DNA of 64,000 bases from Lingula anatina (taxonomy: Eukaryota > Animalia > Brachiopoda). Location of the stretch: NCBI GenBank assembly GCA_051362555.1, contig CM120642.1:1-64000 (forward strand), given 5' to 3'. Below the pieces are notes generated by a model, which saw only the letters and a program-made list of their open reading frames with translations, was not told where the DNA came from and ran no database searches. Position numbers and translations under genes: made by a program. This document shows positions 1 through 14,190 of the stretch, in pieces; the first letter of the stretch is position 1, and every line of letters starts with the position of its first letter.

Positions 1-411
1 CTAACCCTAACCCTAACCCTAACCCCTAACCCTAACCCTAACCCTAACCCTAACCCTAACCCTAACCCTAACCCTAACCCTAACCCCTAACCCTAACCCT
101 AACCCTAACCCTAACCCTAACCCTAACCTAACCTAACCCTAACCCTAACCCTAACCCTAACCCTAACCCTAACCCCTAACCCTAACCCTAACCCTAACCC
201 TAACCCTAACCCTAACCCTAACCCTAACCCTAACCCTAACCCTAACCCTAACCCTAACCCTAACCCTAACCCTAACCCTAACCCTAACCCTAACCCTAAC
301 CCTAACCCTAACCCTAACCCTAACCCTAACCCTAACCCTAACCCTAACCCTAACCCTAACCCTAACCCCTAACCCTAACCCTAACCCTAACCCTAACCCT
401 AACCCTAACCC

Positions 412-452
<41 letters not shown>

Positions 453-3400
453 CCCTAACCCTAACCCTAACCCTAACCCTAACCCTAACCCTAACCCTAA
501 CCCTAACCCCTAACCCTAACCTAACCCTAACCCTAACCCTACCCTAACCCTAACCCTAACCCTAACCCTAACCCTAACCCTAACCCTAACCCTAACCCTA
601 ACCCTAACCCTAACCCTAACCCTAACCCTAACCCTAACCCTAACCCTAACCTAACCCTAACCCTAACCCTAACCCTAACCCTAACCCTAACCCTAACCCT
701 AACCCTAACCCTAACCCTAACCCTAACCCTAACCCTAACCCTAACCCTAACCCTAACCCTAACCCTAACCCTAACCCTAACCCTAACCCTAACCCTAACC
801 CTAACCCTAACCCTAACCCTAACCCTAACCCTAACCCTAACCCTAACCCTAACCCTAACCCTAACCCTAACCCTAACCCTAACCCTAACCCTAACCCTAA
901 CCCTAACCCTAACCCTAACCCTAACCCTAACCCTAACCCTAACCCTAACCCTAACCCTAACCCTAACCCTAACCCTAACCCTAACCCTAACCCTAACCCT
1001 AACCCTAACCCTAACCCTAACCCTAACCCTAACCCTAACCCTAACCCTAACCCTAACCCTAACCCTAACCCTAACCCTAACCCTAACCCTAACCCTAACC
1101 CTAACCCTAACCCTAACCCTAACCCTAACCCTAACCCTAACCCTAACCCTAACCCTAACCCTAACCCTAACCCTAACCCTAACCCTAACCCTAACCCTAA
1201 CCCTAACCCTAACCCTAACCCTAACCCTAACCCTAACCCTAACCCTAACCCTAACCCTAACCCTAACCCTAACCCTAACCCTAACCCTAACCCTAACCCT
1301 AACCCTAACCCTAACCCTAACCCTAACCCTAACCCTAACCCTAACCCTAACCCTAACCCTAACCCTAACCCTAACCCTAACCCTAACCCTAACCCTAACC
1401 CTAACCCTAACCCTAACCCTAACCCTAACCCTAACCCTAACCCTAACCCTAACCCTAACCCTAACCCTAACCCTAACCCTAACCCTAACCCTAACCCTAA
1501 CCCTAACCCTAACCCTAACCCTAACCCTAACCCTAACCCTAACCCTAACCCTAACCCTAACCCTAACCCTAACCCTAACCCTAACCCTAACCCTAACCCT
1601 AACCCTAACCCTAACCCTAACCCTAACCCTAACCCTAACCCTAACCCTAACCCTAACCCTAACCCTAACCCTAACCCTAACCCTAACCCTAACCCTAACC
1701 CTAACCCTAACCCTAACCCTAACCCTAACCCTAACCCTAACCCTAACCCTAACCCTAACCCTAACCCTAACCCTAACCCTAACCCTAACCCTAACCCTAA
1801 CCCTAACCCTAACCCTAACCCTAACCCTAACCCTAACCCTAACCCTAACCCTAACCCTAACCCTAACCCTAACCCTAACCCTAACCCTAACCCTAACCCT
1901 AACCCTAACCCTAACCCTAACCCTAACCCTAACCCTAACCCTAACCCTAACCCTAACCCTAACCCTAACCCTAACCCTAACCCTAACCCTAACCCTAACC
2001 CTAACCCTAACCCTAACCCTAACCCTAACCCTAACCCTAACCCTAACCCTAACCCTAACCCTAACCCTAACCCTAACCCTAACCCTAACCCTAACCCTAA
2101 CCCTAACCCTAACCCTAACCCTAACCCTAACCCTAACCCTAACCCTAACCCTAACCCTAACCCTAACCCTAACCCTAACCCTAACCCTAACCCTAACCCT
2201 AACCCTAACCCTAACCCTAACCCTAACCCTAACCCTAACCCTAACCCTAACCCTAACCCTAACCCTAACCCTAACCCTAACCCTAACCCTAACCCTAACC
2301 CTAACCCTAACCCTAACCCTAACCCTAACCCTAACCCTAACCCTAACCCTAACCCTAACCCTAACCCTAACCCTAACCCTAACCCTAACCCTAACCCTAA
2401 CCCTAACCCTAACCCTAACCCTAACCCTAACCCTAACCCTAACCCTAACCCTAACCCTAACCCTAACCCTAACCCTAACCCTAACCCTAACCCTAACCCT
2501 AACCCTAACCCTAACCCTAACCCTAACCCTAACCCTAACCCTAACCCTAACCCTAACCCTAACCCTAACCCTAACCCTAACCCTAACCCTAACCCTAACC
2601 CTAACCCTAACCCTAACCCTAACCCTAACCCTAACCCTAACCCTAACCCTAACCCTAACCCTAACCCTAACCCTAACCCTAACCCTAACCCTAACCCTAA
2701 CCCTAACCCTAACCCTAACCCTAACCCTAACCCTAACCCTAACCCTAACCCTAACCCTAACCCTAACCCTAACCCTAACCCTAACCCTAACCCTAACCCT
2801 AACCCTAACCCTAACCCTAACCCTAACCCTAACCCTAACCCTAACCCTAACCCTAACCCTAACCCTAACCCTAACCCTAACCCTAACCCTAACCCTAACC
2901 CTAACCCTAACCCTAACCCTAACCCTAACCCTAACCCTAACCCTAACCCTAACCCTAACCCTAACCCTAACCCTAACCCTAACCCTAACCCTAACCCTAA
3001 CCCTAACCCTAACCCTAACCCTAACCCTAACCCTAACCCTAACCCTAACCCTAACCCTAACCCTAACCCTAACCCTAACCCTAACCCTAACCCTAACCCT
3101 AACCCTAACCCTAACCCTAACCCTAACCCTAACCCTAACCCTAACCCTAACCCTAACCCTAACCCTAACCCTAACCCTAACCCTAACCCTAACCCTAACC
3201 CTAACCCTAACCCTAACCCTAACCCTAACCCTAACCCTAACCCTAACCCTAACCCTAACCCTAACCCTAACCCTAACCCTAACCCTAACCCTAACCCTAA
3301 CCCTAACCCTAACCCTAACCCTAACCCTAACCCTAACCCTAACCCTAACCCTAACCCTAACCCTAACCCTAACCCTAACCCTAACCCTAACCCTAACCCT

Positions 3401-6400
3401 AACCCTAACCCTAACCCTAACCCTAACCCTAACCCTAACCCTAACCCTAACCCTAACCCTAACCCTAACCCTAACCCTAACCCTAACCCTAACCCTAACC
3501 CTAACCCTAACCCTAACCCTAACCCTAACCCTAACCCTAACCCTAACCCTAACCCTAACCCTAACCCTAACCCTAACCCTAACCCTAACCCTAACCCTAA
3601 CCCTAACCCTAACCCTAACCCTAACCCTAACCCTAACCCTAACCCTAACCCTAACCCTAACCCTAACCCTAACCCTAACCCTAACCCTAACCCTAACCCT
3701 AACCCTAACCCTAACCCTAACCCTAACCCTAACCCTAACCCTAACCCTAACCCTAACCCTAACCCTAACCCTAACCCTAACCCTAACCCTAACCCTAACC
3801 CTAACCCTAACCCTAACCCTAACCCTAACCCTAACCCTAACCCTAACCCTAACCCTAACCCTAACCCTAACCCTAACCCTAACCCTAACCCTAACCCTAA
3901 CCCTAACCCTAACCCTAACCCTAACCCTAACCCTAACCCTAACCCTAACCCTAACCCTAACCCTAACCCTAACCCTAACCCTAACCCTAACCCTAACCCT
4001 AACCCTAACCCTAACCCTAACCCTAACCCTAACCCTAACCCTAACCCTAACCCTAACCCTAACCCTAACCCTAACCCTAACCCTAACCCTAACCCTAACC
4101 CTAACCCTAACCCTAACCCTAACCCTAACCCTAACCCTAACCCTAACCCTAACCCTAACCCTAACCCTAACCCTAACCCTAACCCTAACCCTAACCCTAA
4201 CCCTAACCCTAACCCTAACCCTAACCCTAACCCTAACCCTAACCCTAACCCTAACCCTAACCCTAACCCTAACCCTAACCCTAACCCTAACCCTAACCCT
4301 AACCCTAACCCTAACCCTAACCCTAACCCTAACCCTAACCCTAACCCTAACCCTAACCCTAACCCTAACCCTAACCCTAACCCTAACCCTAACCCTAACC
4401 CTAACCCTAACCCTAACCCTAACCCTAACCCTAACCCTAACCCTAACCCTAACCCTAACCCTAACCCTAACCCTAACCCTAACCCTAACCCTAACCCTAA
4501 CCCTAACCCTAACCCTAACCCTAACCCTAACCCTAACCCTAACCCTAACCCTAACCCTAACCCTAACCCTAACCCTAACCCTAACCCTAACCCTAACCCT
4601 AACCCTAACCCTAACCCTAACCCTAACCCTAACCCTAACCCTAACCCTAACCCTAACCCTAACCCTAACCCTAACCCTAACCCTAACCCTAACCCTAACC
4701 CTAACCCTAACCCTAACCCTAACCCTAACCCTAACCCTAACCCTAACCCTAACCCTAACCCTAACCCTAACCCTAACCCTAACCCTAACCCTAACCCTAA
4801 CCCTAACCCTAACCCTAACCCTAACCCTAACCCTAACCCTAACCCTAACCCTAACCCTAACCCTAACCCTAACCCTAACCCTAACCCTAACCCTAACCCT
4901 AACCCTAACCCTAACCCTAACCCTAACCCTAACCCTAACCCTAACCCTAACCCTAACCCTAACCCTAACCCTAACCCTAACCCTAACCCTAACCCTAACC
5001 CTAACCCTAACCCTAACCCTAACCCTAACCCTAACCCTAACCCTAACCCTAACCCTAACCCTAACCCTAACCCTAACCCTAACCCTAACCCTAACCCTAA
5101 CCCTAACCCTAACCCTAACCCTAACCCTAACCCTAACCCTAACCCTAACCCTAACCCTAACCCTAACCCTAACCCTAACCCTAACCCTAACCCTAACCCT
5201 AACCCTAACCCTAACCCTAACCCTAACCCTAACCCTAACCCTAACCCTAACCCTAACCCTAACCCTAACCCTAACCCTAACCCTAACCCTAACCCTAACC
5301 CTAACCCTAACCCTAACCCTAACCCTAACCCTAACCCTAACCCTAACCCTAACCCTAACCCTAACCCTAACCCTAACCCTAACCCTAACCCTAACCCTAA
5401 CCCTAACCCTAACCCTAACCCTAACCCTAACCCTAACCCTAACCCTAACCCTAACCCTAACCCTAACCCTAACCCTAACCCTAACCCTAACCCTAACCCT
5501 AACCCTAACCCTAACCCTAACCCTAACCCTAACCCTAACCCTAACCCTAACCCTAACCCTAACCCTAACCCTAACCCTAACCCTAACCCTAACCCTAACC
5601 CTAACCCTAACCCTAACCCTAACCCTAACCCTAACCCTAACCCTAACCCTAACCCTAACCCTAACCCTAACCCTAACCCTAACCCTAACCCTAACCCTAA
5701 CCCTAACCCTAACCCTAACCCTAACCCTAACCCTAACCCTAACCCTAACCCTAACCCTAACCCTAACCCTAACCCTAACCCTAACCCTAACCCTAACCCT
5801 AACCCTAACCCTAACCCTAACCCTAACCCTAACCCTAACCCTAACCCTAACCCTAACCCTAACCCTAACCCTAACCCTAACCCTAACCCTAACCCTAACC
5901 CTAACCCTAACCCTAACCCTAACCCTAACCCTAACCCTAACCCTAACCCTAACCCTAACCCTAACCCTAACCCTAACCCTAACCCTAACCCTAACCCTAA
6001 CCCTAACCCTAACCCTAACCCTAACCCTAACCCTAACCCTAACCCTAACCCTAACCCTAACCCTAACCCTAACCCTAACCCTAACCCTAACCCTAACCCT
6101 AACCCTAACCCTAACCCTAACCCTAACCCTAACCCTAACCCTAACCCTAACCCTAACCCTAACCCTAACCCTAACCCTAACCCTAACCCTAACCCTAACC
6201 CTAACCCTAACCCTAACCCTAACCCTAACCCTAACCCTAACCCTAACCCTAACCCTAACCCTAACCCTAACCCTAACCCTAACCCTAACCCTAACCCTAA
6301 CCCTAACCCTAACCCTAACCCTAACCCTAACCCTAACCCTAACCCTAACCCTAACCCTAACCCTAACCCTAACCCTAACCCTAACCCTAACCCTAACCCT

Positions 6401-8498
6401 AACCCTAACCCTAACCCTAACCCTAACCCTAACCCTAACCCTAACCCTAACCCTAACCCTAACCCTAACCCTAACCCTAACCCTAACCCTAACCCTAACC
6501 CTAACCCTAACCCTAACCCTAACCCTAACCCTAACCCTAACCCTAACCCTAACCCTAACCCTAACCCTAACCCTAACCCTAACCCTAACCCTAACCCTAA
6601 CCCTAACCCTAACCCTAACCCTAACCCTAACCCTAACCCTAACCCTAACCCTAACCCTAACCCTAACCCTAACCCTAACCCTAACCCTAACCCTAACCCT
6701 AACCCTAACCCTAACCCTAACCCTAACCCTAACCCTAACCCTAACCCTAACCCTAACCCTAACCCTAACCCTAACCCTAACCCTAACCCTAACCCTAACC
6801 CTAACCCTAACCCTAACCCTAACCCTAACCCTAACCCTAACCCTAACCCTAACCCTAACCCTAACCCTAACCCTAACCCTAACCCTAACCCTAACCCTAA
6901 CCCTAACCCTAACCCTAACCCTAACCCTAACCCTAACCCTAACCCTAACCCTAACCCTAACCCTAACCCTAACCCTAACCCTAACCCTAACCCTAACCCT
7001 AACCCTAACCCTAACCCTAACCCTAACCCTAACCCTAACCCTAACCCTAACCCTAACCCTAACCCTAACCCTAACCCTAACCCTAACCCTAACCCTAACC
7101 CTAACCCTAACCCTAACCCTAACCCTAACCCTAACCCTAACCCTAACCCTAACCCTAACCCTAACCCTAACCCTAACCCTAACCCTAACCCTAACCCTAA
7201 CCCTAACCCTAACCCTAACCCTAACCCTAACCCTAACCCTAACCCTAACCCTAACCCTAACCCTAACCCTAACCCTAACCCTAACCCTAACCCTAACCCT
7301 AACCCTAACCCTAACCCTAACCCTAACCCTAACCCTAACCCTAACCCTAACCCTAACCCTAACCCTAACCCTAACCCTAACCCTAACCCTAACCCTAACC
7401 CTAACCCTAACCCTAACCCTAACCCTAACCCTAACCCTAACCCTAACCCTAACCCTAACCCTAACCCTAACCCTAACCCTAACCCTAACCCTAACCCTAA
7501 CCCTAACCCTAACCCTAACCCTAACCCTAACCCTAACCCTAACCCTAACCCTAACCCTAACCCTAACCCTAACCCTAACCCTAACCCTAACCCTAACCCT
7601 AACCCTAACCCTAACCCTAACCCTAACCCTAACCCTAACCCTAACCCTAACCCTAACCCTAACCCTAACCCTAACCCTAACCCTAACCCTAACCCTAACC
7701 CTAACCCTAACCCTAACCCTAACCCTAACCCTAACCCTAACCCTAACCCTAACCCTAACCCTAACCCTAACCCTAACCCTAACCCTAACCCTAACCCTAA
7801 CCCTAACCCTAACCCTAACCCTAACCCTAACCCTAACCCTAACCCTAACCCTAACCCTAACCCTAACCCTAACCCTAACCCTAACCCTAACCCTAACCCT
7901 AACCCTAACCCTAACCCTAACCCTAACCCTAACCCTAACCCTAACCCTAACCCTAACCCTAACCCTAACCCTAACCCTAACCCTAACCCTAACCCTAACC
8001 CTAACCCTAACCCTAACCCTAACCCTAACCCTAACCCTAACCCTAACCCTAACCCTAACCCTAACCCTAACCCTAACCCTAACCCTAACCCTAACCCTAA
8101 CCCTAACCCTAACCCTAACCCTAACCCTAACCCTAACCCTAACCCTAACCCTAACCCTAACCCTAACCCTAACCCTAACCCTAACCCTAACCCTAACCCT
8201 AACCCTAACCCTAACCCTAACCCTAACCCTAACCCTAACCCTAACCCTAACCCTAACCCTAACCCTAACCCTAACCCTAACCCTAACCCTAACCCTAACC
8301 CTAACCCTAACCCTAACCCTAACCCTAACCCTAACCCTAACCCTAACCCTAACCCTAACCCTAACCCTAACCCTAACCCTAACCCTAACCCTAACCCTAA
8401 CCCTAACCCTAACCCTAACCCTAACCCTAACCCTAACCCTAACCCTAACCCTAACCCTAACCCTAACCCTAACCCTAACCCTAACCCTAACCCTAACC

Positions 8499-8539
<41 letters not shown>

Positions 8540-8726
8540 CCCTAACCCTAACCCTAACCCTAACCCTAACCCTAACCCTAACCCTAACCCTAACCCTAAC
8601 CCCTAACCCTAACCCTAACCCCTAACCCTAACCCTAACCCCTAACCCTAACCCTAACCCTACCCTAACCCTAACCCTAACCCTAACCCTAACCCTAACCC
8701 TAACCCTAACCCTCTAACCCCTAACC

Positions 8727-8767
<41 letters not shown>

Positions 8768-8830
8768 CCCTAACCCTAACCCTAAACCTAACCCTAACCC
8801 TTACCCTAACCCTAACCTTAACCCTAACCC
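1..8830 (+). repeat. Telomeric (CCCTAA)n array, i.e. TTAGGG on the minus strand; chromosome end
   Basis: Near-perfect hexamer array from base 1. Indel variants occur in the first ~660 bp, and degenerate units (CCTTAC, CCTTAA, CCTAAA, CCTCT) occur at ~8520-8830. Confidence 0.99.
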
Positions 8831-8834
8831 TTTT

Positions 8835-9260
8835 GAAAAGGGAAACAAAATTCAGAATTATAATAGCTTTTTCAGTTAGTAGTGGAATATTTATTTCCAA
8901 CGCTTTGGCTGAAAGTCTGTAGGCCGTAGAAATGTGGTTGATGAGAGATATGGAACATCGTGGAAAGAATATAACAGCAAGAAAAAAGTCCTAGAATGAG
9001 CTTGAACTGCAAAAAATTTGAAAGAAGAACAATAAGAGAGACGCAGTTGGAGTTTTTGGGATACGTGATGAGAAAAGGAAGATAAAGGTATTTGGAAGTC
9101 ACAGTAAAAATCAAAGGAAAGAGAAGCAGAGTAAGTCCACGCATAAGCTTTGTAAAGAAGTTATTAACAGAGGATGGGTTCGTTCAGTGTAAAAAATATG
9201 CGATCAAATAAAGGAAGGAAGATGTGGAGATCTATGGGAGTCAACGGTCTGTAACGATAT
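8835..9260 (+). mobile_element. Decayed 3' fragment of an RTE-clade LINE ORF
   Basis: Manual translation across frameshifts gives TKFRI..., SL*AVEMWLMR, TSWKEYNSKKKVLE, RTIRETQLEFLGYVMRK...KIKGKRSRVSPRISF and WRSMGVN. These match the RTE C-terminal pattern AFEMW..R..ISW / RQLRFLGHIMR / EGKR.RGRPR. Confidence 0.75.
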
Positions 9261-10669
9261 TTACAGAGAGAAAGATAACTAGAGCATATGGATTGCTGCT
9301 TTACTATTAAAAACCGTTTCGGGATATTTATATATAGTAGTAAGCAGTTATCTTTTTTATTCTTACTGTGTCATTTGAAAACATTGGTTGATATGTAAAG
9401 CCATTAATGATATTGTCACCCATCGCCCTAAACTCCTTATGAACTGCCTTACATACATTCTTTTGGGTAATAGATCAATCTTCAGTGTCAGTCTTCTGGG
9501 ATTACTACATGTAAGTTGATAAGTGGTAGTTGTATCGGTCAAGTGTGAAGCTGTTGTAATCACCTATGTGACACTCATTAGACCACACCTACTGTAGATA
9601 TCACACTGCTACCTGACGCGGAGAGGAGAGGGACCTGAACAATGGTTCTCTTGTTATGACTGTACAGACTCTACAATTATGTAAGTGTTTGGGTTTATGT
9701 ATTTATGGAAACAGTTTTAATTTTTATTTGGTATTTGTAAGGTATATTGTGTTTTTTTATTTTAGTGACCGGCTAATCAGATAATCAGCAATACAGCCAT
9801 GTAATATCAGCTAGCTGTACAGCAAATTAAAAACAAAATAAAAACTAAAAGCTGAGTTCAAATAAAGTTTAAACTACCCTAACTCATTTACTGACTAATT
9901 TAATTAACATTTGCACGTATTTCATTTTACGGGGGACATCAATTTTACGATATTGGGGTAAAAGCTGAAAAATCGGTTTCACAAATTTCTCCTTTCAATG
10001 CTGATTTAATGACACCATTTAGTACTCCAAAACTCTGCCAGCGATTTTTTTTAATTCTTAGTTTTATCGTTGACAAAGCAAAATAATGTCTTCGTTGAAT
10101 GAAAACCTATAATTGAGAGGCTTATACTGGTAACCCAGATCTATAACAAAAACATTTAAACCAAAATGACAGGATTATAATCCTACACTCAGGATCAACT
10201 CTGCCAATTTTCGTAATAAAATCTTGTTCAGGGATGAAGTTACGTCCCATACCGATTGATACCTCTCCTCAAAATAGAAAGATGATAAATTGACGATTAA
10301 AACTTTGAGTTGCCTTTGCTTATACATTGCAACGAGAAATATGAACGCCGATATTTTATATTTCCAGGGGATTTTTATTGTTTTAAATCAGCACAAACAT
10401 AGATACATTACTGAATGATTAGATGCAGGAAAAACATCACTTTTGGTGTCTGGGTGATAATAAAGGGTAACACTACCCTTAAAAGAGAATTAACTAGGTG
10501 TTTTATCTGTAAATGTTATTTTTGGCGGGCATACTGGTATTTCCTCGAATGTTGCTATCGCCACATTTGCTTAGAAATTTTATTCCCCACTAATCAGCTA
10601 AATTCCATGCTTTTAGAAACGTTATAGGGGCTAAATTAGGGCTAGGGTTAGCTTTACTACTATTTCTAT

Positions 10670-11035
10670 TATTGCCTCATAGATTTTACGCCGTCCGACG
10701 TCTAGGACACCAAAAAGGTCTTCTAATGTTGAATATATTTGTTGCTGTTTCCGTAACTGTAACAGTTTTCCGGGGTGGGGTTGTTGGCCCCACGCCCAAC
10801 CCCCTACCAGGAGGGCCAGTTTTTTTCTTTCCCTTAGTAACTGATTCAGGTTTTCAGGCGCCCGAGTCCCGTCTTTCGCCTCTGCTTCAGCATTTCAGGG
10901 GCCACCACGTGGAGGCGAGACATGCGACTAGCTAAACAGAACCTGATTGAGACTGAGTTTTGTTCAGTGCTACTTAGTGACGTCAGCTGTAGCCTCCCTC
11001 AGTGTCCATTTGCCAGTCATTGACCCCAGGGAAAG
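10670..11035 (-). mobile_element. Probable RTE-derived non-autonomous fragment (5'-UTR-like)
   Basis: The minus strand reads GGGTTGGGCGTGGGGCCAACAACCCCACCCCGGAAAA...GTTACGGAAAC, which I recall as resembling the 5' regions of RTE-type LINEs. No ORF is present. Confidence 0.4.
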
Positions 11036-12359
11036 GTTTGACTTGAGTGAATGGGTCGTTGTTTCACTATTGGAGATCCTTTTGGGGTATTTATATAATG
11101 TAGTAAGCATGCATCAATACTTTATTCATTATCCGCCACTTTCTAACTATTCGATCATATCTTAAGTCATTAAAAAAGTTTGTCGTGGACAAACCGGTTT
11201 CTTGTATGGATTTGGTGCTACTATAAAATGTGAGCACTTGTTTCCCAAAGCTTTTCGTACATACTAGAAGATTTATAACAGTGTCTGAGATGAGATGAGA
11301 GTAGCTGCTTAGAGAATCTAACTTAGTATGTACTAGTTACAGTACAACCTAAGTCTGCGGCTCGATATAATCATGTTCTTGTACACTGTGTGTCGCATAC
11401 AGTGGACGACGAGTAGTTATAACTGACGCACCGAAGCGTATGAAAATACAGGCAAGCCTGTACGCGAAATAAAAGTGTAATTATGCTTTTGTTCGCAGCG
11501 CCAGCCGCCCGTGGTATAAGAAAAGTAAGTGGTAGTCAGGCATGTTTACAAGTTCCACTAAATTGTCAGATAAATTGGTCCAGCTTACTAGGTTGGGACC
11601 TTTCTCGATGTATTCTTTCATAACAGGAAAGAAGGTGGGGGTATAACCATGGATGTTGCTGTAAGATCATATCATGTTATGGTTTCAGATGTTTTAGTTC
11701 ATAGCCTTTAAGCTTGACACAATCTTGTGTACCTTAATGTGGTACATGTAGATGGTGCACCCTCTAATGGGACTGTTAGTTTAGCTGCATGTTAGGCCAG
11801 ATACAGTATGACACTGAATTAGCAAAATGGGTTCAGTGTTTATGAATTTCGGGGAGACTATTCCATAGACTACTATATGCCATATGACAATAAATCAGTA
11901 GCCGGTCCATCCAGGCCATTCACCAAGGTAAAGATCTCAGACTGAGATTGCAATATTGGCCAATTGATAGTATAAATTCCAGTTTCACACATAATCCCCA
12001 TTCTAATTCTACTGAATGACAAAAACCATTTACATTCTGAAATATTAAAAAAAAATACATAATCATGGCTGCATGACTTGGCATTTGGGGATATTATGAG
12101 TCAAATTGTAGTCCAATATTAATAAATCAAAACAATTTACGGATGTCTGTTTCCAAAAGATTATCAGCGTTTGATTAACATTCTTCATTGCAATGTGCTT
12201 AATGGTTTTTGCATTACCCTTTCATCATTTATTAAAATGCATTCAACAAATGGTATGTACACGTATCTTGCATCTGAACTGTATCTATATTTATAAAGGG
12301 AAGGTGCATGTATATCAATTAAATGGAGAACATTGACCACTCTACTGCGTAGTGTACGG

Positions 12360-12615
12360 AATATCCATTTACGCTGTGATATAATATTTATTAACTAAAC
12401 TGGATAACATTCTGCAACACAACAATATCCATTTATGCTGTGATATGATATTTACTAACTGAACTGGATAACATTCTGCAACACAATAATATCCATTTAT
12501 GCTGTGATATGATATTTACTAACTGAACTGGATAACATTCTGCAACACAATAATATCCATTTATGCTGTGATATGATATTTACTAACTGAACTGGATAAC
12601 ATTCTGCAACACAAT
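12360..12615. repeat. 64-bp minisatellite, ~4 copies
   Basis: Unit aatatccatttatgctgtgatatgatatttactaactgaactggataacattctgcaacacaat. Confidence 0.95.
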
Positions 12616-12800
12616 AGTTTCATTAAGTCACAAAATTACAATACACAGCAAACAGTAACGCAGACATATTTACAATGGTAGATGATTTTGATATGAGCTA
12701 CATATAATTTCTTATTTTCATTGAATTATGAATAAAGTTTAAACTATCAGTCCAAAGTTCAGCTGAAGTTCTTAGAGTTCTTAGGATTAATCAGTCTGTA

Positions 12801-13031
12801 TCATACCACAGGAAAGTCAATTGTTTGACATTTTTCTGAAATATCCCTTTTCAATTGTGACATATTACTAGTCGCATATGAAAGTCCATGTTTCTTGTGT
12901 TGACTTCCAACTGGCCAAACATGAGTGTAGGTCTGTTCGACACACGGCAATAATCCCGAGGTGCGACTGTGTGCTTCACTCAATTTTGTTTACAGCTGTA
13001 CACTTTTCAAAACCGACACACTGAATTGACA
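12801..13031 (-). pseudogene. Putative terminal exon (decayed cytoplasmic tail or 3' UTR) of the CBM14 membrane-protein gene
   Basis: Strong acceptor tttttttttcag|A at 13032. The spliced frame hits TGA immediately (13030-13028) and further stops follow; the 12801-12983 ORF is in a shifted frame. Confidence 0.4.
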
Positions 13032-13189
13032 GAAATTAGTGTTCTTAATGTTTTTACAACATCAATGGAGATGCAGACATCTTGCTTTCATCTGAAAAAA
13101 AAAGTAAAGTTAAGCCTTTGCTCAATACAATAAAAATCATATTACCACTAATCAATGTTATTTCCATACTTTCACATGTATGAATGAAA

Positions 13190-13777
13190 GGTTACATATG
13201 CCAGTGTTGTGATGGTAAAACTGGTTATTTCACAGCCGGTATTTAATGGTCACATGTGCCAGTGTTGTGATGGTAAAACTGGTTATTTCACAGCCAGTAT
13301 TTAATGGTTACATGTGCCAGTGTTGTGATGGTAAAACTGGTTATTTCACAGCCAGTATTTAATGGTCACATGTGCCAGTGTTGTGATGGTAAAACTGGTT
13401 ATTTCACAGCCAGTATTTAATGGTCACATGTGCCAGTGTTGTGATGGTAAAACTGGTTATTTCACAGCCAGTATTTAATGGTCACATGTGCCAGTGTTGT
13501 GATGGTAAAACTGGTTATTTCACAGCCAGTATTTAATGGTCACATGTGCCAGTGTTGTGATGGTAAAACCGGTTATTTCACAGCCAGTATTTAATGGTCA
13601 CATGTGCCAGTGTTGTGATGGTAAAACCGGTTATTTCACAGCCAGTATTTAATGGTTACATATGCCAGTGTTGTGATGGTAAAACTGGTTATTTCACAGC
13701 CAGTATTTAATGGTTACATGTGCCAGTGTTATGATGGTAAAACTGGTTATTTCACAGCCAGTATTTAATGGTTACAT
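13190..13777. repeat. 58-bp intronic minisatellite, ~10 copies
   Basis: Unit ggtcacatgtgccagtgttgtgatggtaaaactggttatttcacagccagtatttaat. Confidence 0.97.
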
Positions 13778-13796
13778 TGGTCGTTCGCATTCTTAC

Positions 13797-13917
13797 CGCC
13801 TTGTTCAAAGTATCAGGGCCAGGAAGCCAGCCAGGCATACCGCCAGGGTACCGTACACAGGGCCCGCCATCAGCGCAGCATTAGACGGTCTGGTGCTTTC
13901 TACGGCAGCTGGGACAT
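13797..13917 (-). CDS. Hydrophobic-anchor exon of the CBM14 protein, with an in-frame TGA at 13807-13805
   Basis: Acceptor ttacaag| and donor CG|gtaaga. The phase-1 join to the CBM14 exon reads DVPAAVESTRPSNAALMAGPVYGTLAVCLAGFLALIL*TR. Confidence 0.65.
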
Positions 13918-14190
13918 CTTGTAATTAAAAATGGTTTGCTTTGCATTAGAAAGGTGTGCGAACACCTTACATTTTTAGTACAAATACACTGCAAATAAAA
14001 TGATGACAAAGACATGAAATTGCTCCTGCTGTTTATAATATATAGTTTTAATATACTGAACACTCAAATGCTTTTCCTAATTCCCTGGAGCTAATTGTTA
14101 AATGATATCTTACATATGATTTCTTATAATTAGTTCACATATTATTCAAGTTTGTAAATAGTTTGTAAATGGACTCAGTCAATAACTCAC

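Noticed and set aside
1-660. Variant telomeric units (CCCCTAA, CCTAA, CCCTA) at the distal tip
   Set aside because: They are single-base indels in homopolymers at the contig end, most likely low-coverage consensus errors.
13805-13807. TGA as selenocysteine or a recoded stop
   Set aside because: I recognised no SECIS, the position is not redox-like, and the downstream exon has further stops and a frame shift.
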